Shown: positions 13,675 to 27,899 of the stretch, piece after piece
Layout: each line of letters starts with the position of its first letter
Numbering within the stretch: position 1 is the stretch's first letter
Assembly: GCA_043228905.1 (NCBI GenBank)
Contig: JBHGNT010000014.1
Location: forward strand, 14,880,001-14,944,000
DNA length: 64,000 nt
Reading direction: 5' to 3'
DNA from: Azolla caroliniana
Lineage: Eukaryota > Plantae > Polypodiophyta
The notes under the pieces: model-generated
The model's input: the letters and a program-made list of their open reading frames with translations, nothing else
Told to the model about the DNA's origin: nothing
Database searches by the model: none
Translations under genes and position numbers: made by a program

Positions 13675-14050
13675 AAGAGAGGGTTGGTTGTGCCTTACTA
13701 TGATACAAGTTCAATGAAAGAGAGAGCATATGTGTGTTTCTAATGAATGAATGAATGAATGAATGAATGAATGAATGGAGTACCCACTACAAGCTCCACA
13801 CAAGTGCAATGAAAAATTCAAGAAAGAGAGGGTTGGTTTTCCCTTACAAGTTACTACTCTGATATGATACAAGTTCAATGAAAAGAGAGAGCATATGTAT
13901 GTTTTCCAATGAATGAATGAATGAATGAATGGAGACTTGGAGTACCCACAAGTTCAATAAAAAGAGAGAGAATATGTATGTTTTCCAATGAATGAATGAA
14001 TGAATGGAGACTTGGAGTACCCACTCCAAGCTCCACGCAAGTGCAATAAA
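13675..14050. repeat. Degenerate tandem repeat (3-4 units) with (GAAT)n, upstream of the LecRK
   Basis: Repeated blocks CAAGTTCAATGAAAAGAGAGAGCATATG...(GAAT)n GGAG..TACCCAC. Confidence 0.85.
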
Positions 14051-16060
14051 AAATTTCAAAACGACTTGGTTTTTGAATTGTGTTGTTTTTTGCTTGGTTT
14101 ATGCTGTGTTTTGGAAGCGACTAGCAATGGTCCCACTTCATTTTTTTTAACACTAGTAATGTCGAAAGAAGAAGAGAGAGAGAGACGAGTGGATGATAAA
14201 GCTATACGCCATCATATAAGGTTGGGTTTGACTATCTTAGGTATTGGGGGATGTGGTTTAATTGGACCATGAGAAATGGGTTCTTGTTTGATGGACTTTT
14301 GGGGGTAATAAGACAATTCCGTAGGATGAATGGGAAGTTGATTTGGCAATTTCCGCAACTATGTTGTATGGGGACTTGACCCAAAATGAGGTAGAGTTTT
14401 GTCATCTAGTATTACAAAGACTTTGAGAGGGTTTCCCTTGGCATAACACTACTAACAAAGTCATGAAAATAGCAAGGGTTGTATTATCATCTTGTTTTAA
14501 TAACAAACAAAGATTTACAAAAAGAGAGAGTGATAGATGAGTAAACTGTTGGATGTGTTTTCATAAATACATAGTGTGTATATATATTTTCTATCATTGT
14601 GGAAAATACTGTCGTAGCTCCATGGATATAATAGGGGATTTCCTAGCACCATGTAAAATGCTCTTGTCCATTTTAATTCGATATACATATTTTGTTCCTT
14701 CCTCTCTAACATAATATTGTGGCTAAAAATACATCATGTTGTGATTCTTTGAACAAGTTCACTAATGACCTAGTCTAACTCCTTGATCAAATATGTAGCT
14801 ATGCTTTGTTTATTTTGTGTACACCCATTGATTCCTCATTCTATCATTCTCCTGTAGTTATTTTAGTGTGAAGAATTTTGTTAAACATATAAGTTTTCTA
14901 GTGTTCCCAAAAACATTTACAAAACGAAGCTCCCTTTAACATATGGCCATTACACCCATGCCTAATAATAATGATGAAGTTACCCACAAATACCAAAATT
15001 GTTGAATATCCAACTCACAACAATTCTAAATATCCTCAACATTTCTAATGTTCTAAATATCTACCTGGCCCACTTCTATCTATCTATCAATGTATTACCT
15101 TCATGAAAGTTAAAATCATTGATGGAAACCATTAATTAAGATCAATGGGGAGTTGTAAACATCATATTAACATATGACGAGCTCATGTGTCTATAAATTC
15201 ATGCACAATATATCCAAAAGCATTATAAATCCACTTTTCATTCATGACAAGAGAGACAAACAAACAAATAGACAGACATATTTCATTCTCCTTGTATGAG
15301 CCCATTCTTGATTTAGATGGGAGATCTCTTTCCTAATTATTTTTGAGTTCTCGAGGTATTGGGGGCTATGGTTCAATTGCGATATCTGGGATGCCTTCAC
15401 TTTTCATTCAAAGTTAAAAGGACTTCTTTTGTGTCAATTGATAGTGTTAGAGAATTCACAAAATCTCAACCACGAAGACTCAAGAGAGAGAACTTTGCAA
15501 GGTTATATATTATCATATTCAGCATTTGAATTGGTGTGTAAGATAAGATTGAATTTGTAGTTTAGTAGTAGTAATTAGATCCCTATAAGGGTTCTATACT
15601 TTGTTGTAAGTAGTAATGGTAGTGTTTTTTAATTTCATAGCCATTTTCTAAGAGAGAGAGAGAGAGATTTTATTATCTCATTGGTGGTTAAATATGACCT
15701 ATGAGATAAAAAATATAACATTTTCACGTAATACATGTGGAGAGAGATAAATATAGCTTAGTTTTGTAAGGTTGTGCGAGGGAGACTAGGTCATGTGAAA
15801 AGAAGTGATAAGCAAGCCTTGAACCCAAGGCCTTAAGAGTTGGTAATCTAACAATTTGCCAATAAAGTAAAGTAGTTACAAAAAAGAAAATCAAATAATT
15901 GAAAGCTTGACATACTAGGAAAATAATGATAGGTACAAATAGTGAAGAGGGTGAAGAACATAGAGAAATATGAATTGAACTAGAAAAATAAGCAGTAAAA
16001 CATGATATAACTTTGATTTATTCTTTTATGCAACTTTGCTTGATACAACTAGTAAAAACG

Positions 16061-17050
16061 CCACCACATCTTCAGTGTGGACAATTAGAACAAAGGTATG
16101 TTGATCAAGTAACAAACTTGAAAATTTCAAACCCCATAATGGATAAGGCCAAGGTTACGGTCAACCCTTATGTGGCAAAATTTCAAACTTTGTTGTTTAC
16201 TTTGCAACATTTTGTAGGGTCGAACAAGTAATTGGCATTCCATATCAAATCATGATGAGAAATTACTTGTCCCCCATTTCATCTAGCAAATATTTTAGGC
16301 ATGAGAACGTGTTTGGCCCCATGTTGCTCAATACAACCACTTTATGCCACATTCTCAATATTTCCATTCATGAATGCACCATTTCGAACATCTCGTTTAG
16401 ACCTACTTCGTATTCGAGAGAAAAACGTTTTCCTCATTCATTAAGAGTTTCAAATGAATGGGCCAGAAATATCTATATACAAATGATCAACTTTTATATA
16501 AATATTTCCAAAAAAAATATAAACATTTAAATTGGCATATTTTCTCATAAAATCCTCATTATGGAAAGCATGGAAAGGAATTTTGGTTGATGAATGAAGA
16601 AAACAATTTCTCAAAAGGCCAAATCTACGAGTGAATCCACATACCATATCTTCAGATGTGTTGTACTTATTATTATTATGACATTGATATTTTGTGTGTT
16701 TTAATGTATTTATGATTATGTTTGGATTTACGAATTGGATTTTTTTTTGTATGTGAATAAAGTGCGTTAAAATCTTATTTTTCTCCAACCAAACCGTGCA
16801 TCAAGTAATGTTAATGCACGAGATATGGAGTGAAGTTGTAGCCACTCTAAAGAGCCAATACAATGGCCTCACGGGCGTATCCGATGGAATTGAAAGACAA
16901 CGATTAGCCGTCATTCAACAATGGTCGTCCTCTCCCTTTCTTGAGTCAATAGGCATCCATATATGATGGAATTATCACGTCCCTACAGGGATTTGTATAT
17001 AACACTTACATTGGGTAAAATTTTATAACTAATGGAAGGAGTTTTTTTTG
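16061..17050 (-). mobile_element. Dispersed repeat / degenerate TE fragment
   Basis: 16061-16790 is the reverse complement of ~63240-64000; ~16895-17000 is the reverse complement of ~3325-3440. Confidence 0.75.
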
Positions 17051-17107
17051 AAAAAAAAATGTTATTTTTCATGATGGGAACCAAATCAATTGTGGCAGAG
17101 TGAGGCA

Positions 17108-17258
17108 TCACATGAGCTCCAACGTGCAAGATGTGCTCTCACATGAGCTCCAACATGCAAGATGTGCTCCAATGTGCAAGATGTGCTCCAATGTGCAAGA
17201 TGTGCTCTCACATGAGCTCCAACATGCAAGATGTGCTCCGACGTGCAAGATGTGCTCC
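17108..17258. repeat. Minisatellite (GATGTGCTCCAATGTGCAA-type units)
   Basis: Directly visible tandem units of ~19-32 bp. Confidence 0.9.
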
Positions 17259-18876
17259 CTCTCAATATAGCTCATTTACTCTTTTTATTTATAAAATGTT
17301 TTGTATCAATGTTTACAAGCTTCCAAGATGATTCCCAATCTTGAAAGAGAAACTTCACCGACTTCGAATTTCGTGACATTTTACAAAAGTTGGCTATTCA
17401 TGAGAGAGACAGAGAGAGGGTTACAAATACATGCTTATTATTCTTGGGTATCAAGGACTCCTTCCCTCCCATCAATCTTTTATTCAAGTCTACATTAAGA
17501 ATAGATATGTAAGGATAGTTGATTGGTCTTGTATTGTAGAGCTGTAGGAAAGATCCACCCAGTCATTATTATTTCATACAACCACATTGAAATTCATTCT
17601 AGAATATCAAATACTTAAAATGTCAAGGCCAAAACCTAGTCAAACCATTGTCTCTATATAAAAATACTCATGACCTATGAAATGTTAAACACATGAAGAT
17701 GAATAATTCTTGAGTTAAATTTTAGCCAACAATGCTTTCACTTGGATTATTTGCTTCATTATGCTCAATACAATTGGCAAAAACACAAGACCATGGAACA
17801 TAATTGGTGTTGAGTAATCATCTTATACTACAAAATAACATTGCAATTAGCATTAGGCCCCAAGGCTTGTAGCAAACCCTAAACCCTAAACTCTATATGA
17901 TAGGGAGGTTTGTACATTCTAGCTCTTACAAAGTAAAAACGATGAACCAAGGAAAGTTCCTCGCATCAGAAAACAAAAGAATACACGCATATTATTCAGT
18001 GTGATTAAAAAATCAAACCAAATATATGATTACGTAAACTTATTGGAGTAATGGTCACAGATTTAAGAATCTCTTTCCTTTCAACAGGCCAAATTGCAAT
18101 GCAACCATTGTAAATGATTCAGACATGTTCAAAATTTTCTATTTCCAATATTAGGACTTTTTGGTCATTTTTATTGGCCTCATTTGGCTTGTTGCTTTTA
18201 TCACAGATGCCGACCGGTCTTCTCTCTACCAACATCAATCCAGGAAAAAATAGTTCCATCACTTCTCATTGTTCTTTACTGATCAATAATGGATCATCAA
18301 AATTTATGAGAGGTTAAAGTAAATGAATCCCAATTCACACATTATTTATCACACTAGCAAAAAATAGTTTAATATTCAAAAACCGATAGAAACTTTATTT
18401 TCCAAGGAAGAAATACAAAAGAATGAAGGGCACCAAACTCTTCGTGCCATGTAGATGTGAATGCAACCAAGTATGGACAATTCTTCTAGATGTCTTTACC
18501 TCACCAGGATTTCATAAACATGCAAATATTTCCGGACCTGCAAGCTATTGAGAATAAAAGAATTGGACCATGAGCCTGTCACCCTTGTTACCAACAAATC
18601 AAAGCCATTAGCACCCAACACTAAAGCTGCTTTAACGTCTCTATCTTGGATTTACTGATGTTGGAATCTTTTGAAGGCAGAAGTTTCATTCTGTAAGGTC
18701 ACAACGTTAAGTGCTTGGCTAAACAGGAACATCAAGTACAATTTCACTACTCTAGTCACAATTATTTTCACTAGTTCTTCCCCATGATGAGACAACACTT
18801 CAAGATGTAACCTCTCGTTCGATATCATTGGTCACTTTGGCCTCGTAAAAGACATTAACATTCCTTTCTTTTGCAC

Positions 18877-21800
18877 CTAGATAGTTATTCCCCTTGACCT
18901 CATTACCCTCAGACATTGACCCCGCAATCCATTGATAAAATCTTTGGCGGACATTACTCTCTTTCCTGGAGGCTGCAGCTCCAAAATCTGCCAGACATGG
19001 TTAAATAATTAATCTGAAAAAAAAATTCAATTTCACCCATCTATAACTACATTATTCTCAAACATGTTTCCAATTTTGACCATTTTAGAAGTACACTAAT
19101 CTGACATATTCACAAATTAGACCAATCCGAATAAACTTCAAAAGATTAATCACCTCAAGAGAAGAGTTGCCTCCACAGAATACCAGCAAAGAAGAGTTTT
19201 GATATATAACCAAATTTCGGTCATCCTCTTGCCCACGACTTGCTCGCTCAAAATTATGTTTGGTATTGATAATCTTCAGATCCATATTTTGTACAGCTTC
19301 TCCGTCAATATTCAAGACCTGAAATGTGGCTTTAGTTCCTGGCCAATCTGCAAATGCACGAACCTATAACGGCCAGCCAAACCATTACTAACACAATATG
19401 CATAAATACCATGAAACAGTTTCTGTCACAAATCAGTATGCTCAAGATGGAGTATGACCTTGTTATGCAGAACATGTGCCGGTTGATTGAAATCAAGCCA
19501 TCCTTCATCTATAGTAACCTAGAAATTATAAGAACAGTTCACCATTACTATGTTTTCTGAAACTTAACCTCAAGTGTTGGAGCTAGAACGACCTTGGGTG
19601 CATGTGTTGCCCTTGTATGATCTTGATCCTTAGCTTTCTCTGCAGCAGATCCATTTAAAATCAATGGAAGCTCCCTTAATAGGAGTTGCACACCTGAAAC
19701 GAAAATTCCATATCCATCCATTCAAAAAGTTTTGAATCCAAGTTTAAAACCCAGTGATAGCCTAAGTTTCACAAGAAAATATTGAGATACTACTAGTGCC
19801 TTAGCATTGCTGCCTTGCAAAGATAACATAAGGATCACTCCACTCACCCTTTCCCACTTTTTGTCAGCTAATTGAAACAACGGTGAATCTCAACAGTGAA
19901 TTATATAATGATTTTTGCTGGGTTTTGAACTTGCAGTTGAAACAAATATCACCACTTAACCAGCCATGACCAATCCGTCAGTTCTTCCCTTTGGGCTCTT
20001 CTATACTTGTGGGATCCTCTTACATACCCTAGCCACTGAATTGCATGTGTGGGAGCCTGGACACCTTTGTCCAATGCATAGATTTCTAAGACCCAGCTTA
20101 TCTAATCAATTTACTAAGATTTGACACGGTTATGAGCTGCAAGCAGAGAGTAGACAGTCTAAATTTTCTTTTGTTTTGCGAGTATAGGATTATTGAATGA
20201 TCTTTACCTTTTTCAAAAAGCAATTGAAGTAATTCAGGTGCCTGGAGAAATAATAATAGTAAGAGCTAAAATAAAGAACTTAACAGTGAAAACTTTTACC
20301 ACAAAGATATTAAAAGAACCTTGATGTGATCATCTATCTCTACAGATTCTGATGTGATAATGGGCCCTGCATCCATAGCACGAACTGTAAATGCTATCGT
20401 CACACCTGTTACAGGAACACCATCCTGCATATATTTGAGAATTTCGGTCAGTATTAACTGTGCGTGCAGCGTTGCGTTTAAACATATTATATACCTGAAT
20501 TGCTCGTTGTACTGGTGCAGCACCACGGTATAATGGCAACAAGCTAGGGTGTATATTCACTGTTCCTGCAATAACAGCTTCATATTAAAACTTCAAAATC
20601 TGTCTACATTATTTCTAGTCTACCACAGATGTTGACTGTTTGCTAAGAATAAAATAACCACAAGTGGATGCTTTGTCTTTGGAATCAAATGGCAGAAACA
20701 CGCAATAGATCGTATCACTAATAATAGAGGACTGGAGTCTGGTATAGCCACTTCTTGCTGTTGGCAGTTAGACAATAGGGCTGGACTTTGTTGCATTAGT
20801 TTTAGCTTTGAATATATGTTGTTTACTTTAATCTTGCTGTATCTTCTCTCTTTCTTGTCTTCTTCCCCTTTGTCAAAAGCTTGTGCCATATCATTGGGGA
20901 CCACTCATTCCTATCACTATGGCAGTACCTCAACTCACTCTCTTTCCTTTCCCAACTACCCACAGGAAAATCTAGCAAAATTAAAAATCAATTAGTCCCA
21001 GCCTAACAAATTGATAGCATTGCCACAATTGGTTAGATAAGGTAGATTTACTCACATTCAATATCATTTCTTATCTAGCAGTTCATAGGCTCTTGTTTCT
21101 CTGCATTTTGTGAGTCGAGACTTTGACAAATGTATCCTCTTGCTGCATGAGAACACTTGAAATGGTGGATACAATGTATATCTACTAAGAGTACACGCTG
21201 TGGTGATATGGATCACTTTAGTGAGAAGATTTTTTATATTAAAGGTGCACGTGGAAATGGCTAACATTTATTGGAGAGAGTACATACTGTAACAAGATGA
21301 GTTTAGTGTTATTGATACTCCAGACAAGGTGCCCACTGGTTTGACAATACAGAGAAAGTACAGGACCTTGTCATAAACCAATTTAATGTGGTTGCACATA
21401 TTGAATATAATTAAGAACACATACAACTGAAACATGCAAAATCTACCAAGACTGATACTATATGCAAAGCATCACAAATTGATGAAAAAAAAGATGCCCT
21501 TGAATAAGAGGAAAACCCATAATTGACTATAAATCTTTTTTATCACAAATTGAACCATGATTTCTCTCAACAAATATCACCAACAGTGTCAACCAAATCT
21601 TCGGTATACATGATACCACTGCATTGCAATGTGATCAACGATACATCAGGATATCAATTTAGAATGTATTCAAAATTCATTGCTCTTTATGTACACTTGA
21701 GTTCATTTTATGTATAAGAAAATGGAGAAGTCATAGAATGAAAAATAAATTATATCAAACATGAGTTTAAAAGAACTATTACGTACCATTAAGTAGAATC

Positions 21801-24800
21801 TCCAAGAAACAAACCTTAGAACAAAATAATAAATAGTATCATGCGTAAATTTTCAAGAGAACTGTTTACTTACCATAAGTTGGAATCTCCAAGAATTTTT
21901 TTGGTAAAATGTTCCCATATGCAGCAGTAATACAAAGGTCTGGTTGTAGTTCTTTCATGTCCATCAAAAAGTTTTCCTGCTAAATATCAAAGCAATGTGT
22001 CTAGAAGGATACTGCAATTCCATTAATTTCATTTAATAATAACAAAACAAACATCATCAGTTTTCACAGGAAACTAATACCCTCTATAACTTTAGCATCT
22101 CTTAATGTTTGTTTACAATCAAAGGTTTATGCATAAAATCATGGGAGAATTACCAAAACATGCTTATATGTTTCAGATATTAAAAAGCATGTTTTCCTTA
22201 TTTGCAAAAATAGCTATAAATGTTTTGATCTACTTAAAGTTCCTTACCGCAATGAAAATTAAATTACCAATCACTTTGCAATCATGCAATGCAATGAAAC
22301 AACAGTGTGATCATTCCTGAAGTAAAAAATTTGAACAAGGAATGTTTGATAAATGTGATGAATCATGTCTATCTTTTCTCATATAACGGATCAGGAGCCC
22401 CTTAAATATGTGAAATAATTATATGTCAGAATGATCAAATGCAATGAAAGTTCCAAGCACGTTATGGAATAGAACTCCTTGATCCTTGTCGATTACAATT
22501 ATGATATAGTACATAGTGCACTGGTATAATTCTGGACAGAATGATAAAATTCATGGAAAAAAGACAAAGAACTGATTTGATATGGTATCTTCTCAGTAAG
22601 AACGATTGTTTCATGTATCAGAACTGATGAAACTAATCCTCTGTGAAATAGAAAACATCTACAAGTTTGTAGGAAACAGACACGAAAATCAATACAGTTT
22701 TCAGACAGTAAGTAACCACAAACCTCTCCAGCCCTCTCTGGCCAGAAAATTTTGCTTGTTGGAAAATTTCGCTCCATTGCTAACTCGGCCACCGAGGATG
22801 GTGAGAGTTTCTTACCCCTTCCTTTTGCGGCAGGTGGTTGTGTTACCACAGCTGATATCTGCTCACACACCAAACATGTGGCATTTCTTTATCTGTTTGC
22901 ATCAAGAAGGTAAGAAGGATATTATCCAACAAAAAGGTTCAAACTAATGGTGAATTTACCATCCAAATGCAACCAAAAGGAAGTGAGCAATTACATTAGA
23001 ATTCTTGAAACATTTAGTCATAACCTTGCAGGAAAGCCTTGTACACCACCTATGTGTTTTTTGGCATGAAGATGGCCATTATCCAGAAAAGGTTGGAAAT
23101 ATACTGGTGTTATTCATCAGAAATAAATCAAAAGAAGTACACAATTATATCAGAATTCAGGAAACCTCTAGCTGTGGCTTGCAGGAACCACCATTTAGAA
23201 CATCCTCCCACAGCCTTATTGTGTGAAATTTCTGAGTCTTTTAACATGAAGACGGATATTACACCAAACAAAGGTCCAAATAAAATGAACTTTCCCCTCT
23301 GAAATACGAAGCAAGTGGAACTATGCAATTATATCAAAATTCATGAAAGATCTAACTGTAAGGTTGCATCCTCTTATGGATATAATAGATGGTCATTACA
23401 CTCAGAAATACAAACATATGCAATTATAACAGAATTTACAAAACAAATAGCTGTAAAGTTGCGACAAAGACATTTAGACCGCCTTTTACAACCATGGTGC
23501 ATAAAATTTCTGTGTGAAGACAAAGATTATCATCAGAAGTATAACCACGTGTATGAGCATGTCGTTGTAGCAGTAGATAGATATCTAGTCCACCCTCTTA
23601 CAGCCACGCTACTTTAAATTTCAGCATGAGAATGGGTATCATCCTCAGGAAGGTAACAGAAGGATTAAATCAGAATTCATGAAAGATCTGCCATTTGGGA
23701 CACCTCCCTTACGATCATGTTGTGCAAATTTCTGGCATGAACATGCCCATTAGCCTAACAACCAGAAGGAGTTGCACACTATGTCAGAATTCATGGAACA
23801 TATAACTAAATGCTTAGAGAATTTTCATTTAGAAAAAACTTTGATGTGACCTTCTAGAAGATATCATTTCTCAGGTAGATCTTCATTAAACAAATTATGT
23901 GTGTGTGTGTTAATAAGTTGGCACCCCATCACTCTTGTGTTGGTTGGGTCTGAATATCTTGAATATATATGGAATAGTTAAAAGGATATTGTATGACGCT
24001 TGAAGATATTTTCCAGTGTTTTTTCCAAGGGTCATCAGTACAATTGCAGCCTCATAAAACTTATTTTATAACTCACATAGGTGTCATAATGGATGAAGTC
24101 ACAGTTGATGGCAATGTATTGTCTTTCCTGATGCAAGAACTATGGACATGGCATTGGTGCATCACCTGCCTTCTTGGCAGAATATTCTTAAATTTTACCA
24201 TGCCCATGCCACCATTATTAGATGAAACATGACTTCAGGATTAGCTATGTTTCCAGGTTCTAGTTGCCTTGTAAAGACACACTCACACAAAAAACTTTAA
24301 ATTGGATTACAACAGGGGACATTTTGTAATGACGTGCTACATATGCAAAAACCATTTTTTTGGTGGAAGCAGCAGTCAAAGGGTTGTAGTAGAATATGTA
24401 GAGCTCTTAAGGAATGCCTCTTTTTTTTTTGCAATGTCTACTTGGAATCTTGTCTATTGGTGTTACGTCAAAATTAAGGAAAAATGCCTTTGCCACATAC
24501 AAGGGGGTGTGGACAAGGTAGCTTCAAAACCACCATTGCACCATCAATCGTTGTGTCACCCTTTGACTATGAATGGAAGAAAGATGCTTGAGATGTAAGG
24601 GTTTATATTGTTAGTTGCTTCGTAGACTTAAAGAAAGATTTTGATATGGTACCTATTGAGCATCGTTGGAGGCACATGGAAGAACTCCGGGTACCAATTG
24701 AATATATGCTTGCAATTTCTCAAATCTATGACAAGGTTAAATGTTGTGTGTGTGTGTGTGGACAATGAGAATTCCAGACTTTTTTAGGAGCACTATTGTT

Positions 24801-25115
24801 GCTAAGCAAGGATAGACGCCCTCACTAACTGTATTTGGTCAAATGGATGCCAAGTTTGTAAACAAAGAAGGCATAGAAGAAGTTGTCATTGGGAGTGTGG
24901 TCATCAAGCTTTTGTTGTATGTATGAGACTAGTTGACGATTGCACATTTTCTCCTGAACGTGCCCATTAAAATGCTCTACCTTTGATCACATTCATTTCC
25001 ACACATCTTCAACCCAACCTAATCCTTTGCATGAATTCCTTTCACAATCACAATGTGCATTCTCAACCATGAAATTCACTAGTAAAGTTATTGCATATCG
25101 AGAATTGCTACTCAC

Positions 25116-25157
<42 letters not shown>

Positions 25158-26762
25158 TTTGAGGTATGGGGTGATAACATCTTGATGTCAACTTAGAAAG
25201 AGTTTGAAAATGTCCAAAAGCCTCTTCTTATAAAATTTCTTTATGTCAAGCTATAAATGCCACACATACCCTCACTTCTTGAGACCAAATCATTTCCCAT
25301 TGAGATCATTTCCATGGAAAGGGTTATTGAGTACATGCTTAAGGTTCAAAGAAAACTCCACATCGACTTTCTAGATTTCATGGCAAGCAAGTAAAAATAT
25401 TCAAATGACATACAAAAGCAAAATTTTGGATTTCCAATAGATGGAAGACATGAGGAAATGGTTTAGAAAATGGGATGCATCATTCTGACTTCATTATATA
25501 TCAAAAGACTCCACCATGAATGAGGCTTTTTTGCAACACCAATGTATCACAACTTGGGAAAGATGTAGGGCGCATGCTTTACACGTTATATTATACATGT
25601 TGCACTAGACAACAAAACCATCTTCTTCTCTGAATGGAGAAACAGCACTCATTGATACATATCAGAGATCATCATTTTGTCCACCATCCACACCATTGCT
25701 TCAATATGATGTAGTTCACATTCTGTTCCATATGAGAAGGGGCATTGGTGCACAAGTGAAGAGACGCATCAACTATATATATTTTTCCTTGAACAAGTGT
25801 GAAAGTCAAAAGTATTATGGTTCGATACAGTGTGTTACATTTTACTACATTCAAGTTTGCTTTCCACACATTGTCAATCCAGTTCATTTCCTACACAACA
25901 TGCTTCTTATAATCACAATGTGCACTCTCAATTGCGAAGTTTATTAGTATAATTCTCAAACATCAAGAGTCACTATTCAATTCTACTCATACTATGTAAA
26001 AATGATTCACTTTTGGTCCCATGGGTCATATTTGACCTCCGAGGAAGATAATAAAATCTGTCTCTCTATGACTCGGCCACATCCAATAGGTTGCAATAGG
26101 TCCCCAATTGGATATTAAAAAGATATTCAATTTGTGGGCTTTTACCACAGGACCATGGGCACCAACAAAATTTCGGGCAATATGTTTTGGATCCATATTG
26201 ATTATTCAAGTCTTCCTTCCAAGAATTATGTATTTACATCTCCTAGGACATTCATACAGACACATTTATCCCTAAAAACAAGTATCCATACACATATATA
26301 CACAGTTATATGAGCATACATATGTAGATTTCAATCTTCACAAAGAAAAAATGGTGGTTTAGGGATCATAACCTCAAACTCCGCCATATCCTCTTGTGAA
26401 GCAGATAGCAACTGATCCAAAACGCGGGCCGCAACCTGAATTTATGGAAGAGAAGGCAGTTATTCCTACAGAAACGTAAAAAAGAAAAGAAAAAGAAGGA
26501 AAGCGTACATAAGAAAAGTCGATAAGAAAAACATGAGTACATTGGGGGTGCCTAAGAAGACGAGCTTTTTCCGGTGGGGGAGGGAGGAGAAGAGGCAACG
26601 GGGTGTGAGAGGGTAGCATTGCTTCCTGCTGCTGCTGCTGCAGAAGAGAGGAAAGGGGGGGAGAAGGAGGTTGAGGAAAGAGAAGGGGGAGGATAGTGAT
26701 AGTGATAGTGATGATGATGATCCCCATAGCCGATGATGGTGCAGGGCGACATGGTGAATCAT
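18877..26762 (-). CDS. FMT: Methionyl-tRNA formyltransferase (organellar), 11 exons: 26541-26762, 26373-26435, 22724-22858, 21874-21976, 20495-20565, 20320-20424, 20208-20241, 19593-19693, 19459-19518, 19154-19363, 18877-18987
   Basis: Ser/Leu-rich transit peptide, then [92 protein letters not shown] introns in phase. Confidence 0.95.
24300..24750 (+). mobile_element. Degenerate LINE (RTE-like) reverse transcriptase fragment in FMT intron 2
   Basis: [13 protein letters not shown] at 24616 resembles the RT motif FVDFxKAFDxV; upstream GQGSFK resembles QAGFR; heavily disrupted. Confidence 0.55.
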
Positions 26763-27899
26763 GGCGGGGTCTTTGGAGCAGCAGCTCTCTCAGCTCTCTC
26801 TCTCAGAGCTCCTCCTCCAGCCTGCAAAAATCAGTTCAATCAAATCTTCTGGTTGTTGATTGGGAGGGAGGGAGGGATGACGATGACCCACGATCATCAA
26901 TTCTCTGGGGTTCTTCTTCTTAGATTAGACAATTCGGAAGTTCCCAGTGGCCGCCCGACCCGCCCCGACTCGACCCGCCCGCCCGCCCGCAAGTGCCCGG
27001 TCTTGTGCCCGAGCCAAGTGAAGAAAAAGGCTATCTCTATCATCTTTGGATCCCCCCCCCCCCCCCCCCAAGGCTTGTTTTTACCTTTGTCTTTCAAGCG
27101 GCTTATGACGTCATCATTTTTCACTCCCTTGAGTTGCGAAAATGAATAATCAAGAATGCATGGGTTAATGTTAATTGAGAAGGATGGTACAAATATTAAG
27201 AAGAGTTATGGGAAAACAAAAGGAAAATAATATTATGAATGAGCTATAGTTCAATTGGTTTAAGTACATGATCGTTGACAAGGACAAACTATAAGAGGAG
27301 GCTTAGGCGCATTTTTTTAGCTCTCTTCTAGAGGGGGCAAGGGGGGGGGGGGGGGGGTGAGGGGGGGGTTAGGTCACATTTTTGTAGTTTTCTCTCTTTT
27401 TTTGTGTGTGTGTGTGGCTTGGGGGAGGTTCTCTTTCTCTCCTTATGGGATTACTGGGTTTAGGGGTTAATGATCTTGAGTGTGCTTACTTAGAGATTTT
27501 AGGGTTTGGGTAACTTCCAGTTGGGAGTTTAGGGATAGGGTTTTATTTCCTTACTTATTGTAGTTAGGGTTGTAGGGATTAATGGTTAGAGGAAATCACA
27601 TTCAACATGATTTGATTAGTCGCTTAATCCGCTCACATGCCATTAATAAGTTTAACCCATCCCTACTTGTTCTTTGTAATCACCATTTTTTATACTTGCT
27701 TCCTCTTATTAATCCACTTAATTCTTATAGATTTCAACTAAGCTTCCAAATTTCGTAAATTGGGGGTTCAATTGCCTCCTCCACAAAGGCTCAACACAAG
27801 GGGAGCCCTTAGTAAGGGTTGTCCTTGGGAAGACACTCATTCTCCTGTGGAACCCATGAAGTTACTCTCATGCTCAACACAAGGGGATTTCCTCATAAA

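Noticed and set aside
17108-17258. CRISPR-like periodic repeat / Cys-rich peptide
   Set aside because: No unique spacers, no cas genes, eukaryotic context; a minisatellite.
18877-26762. FMT as a recent bacterial horizontal transfer
   Set aside because: It has a transit peptide and 10 spliceosomal introns; this is the standard nuclear-encoded organellar plant gene.
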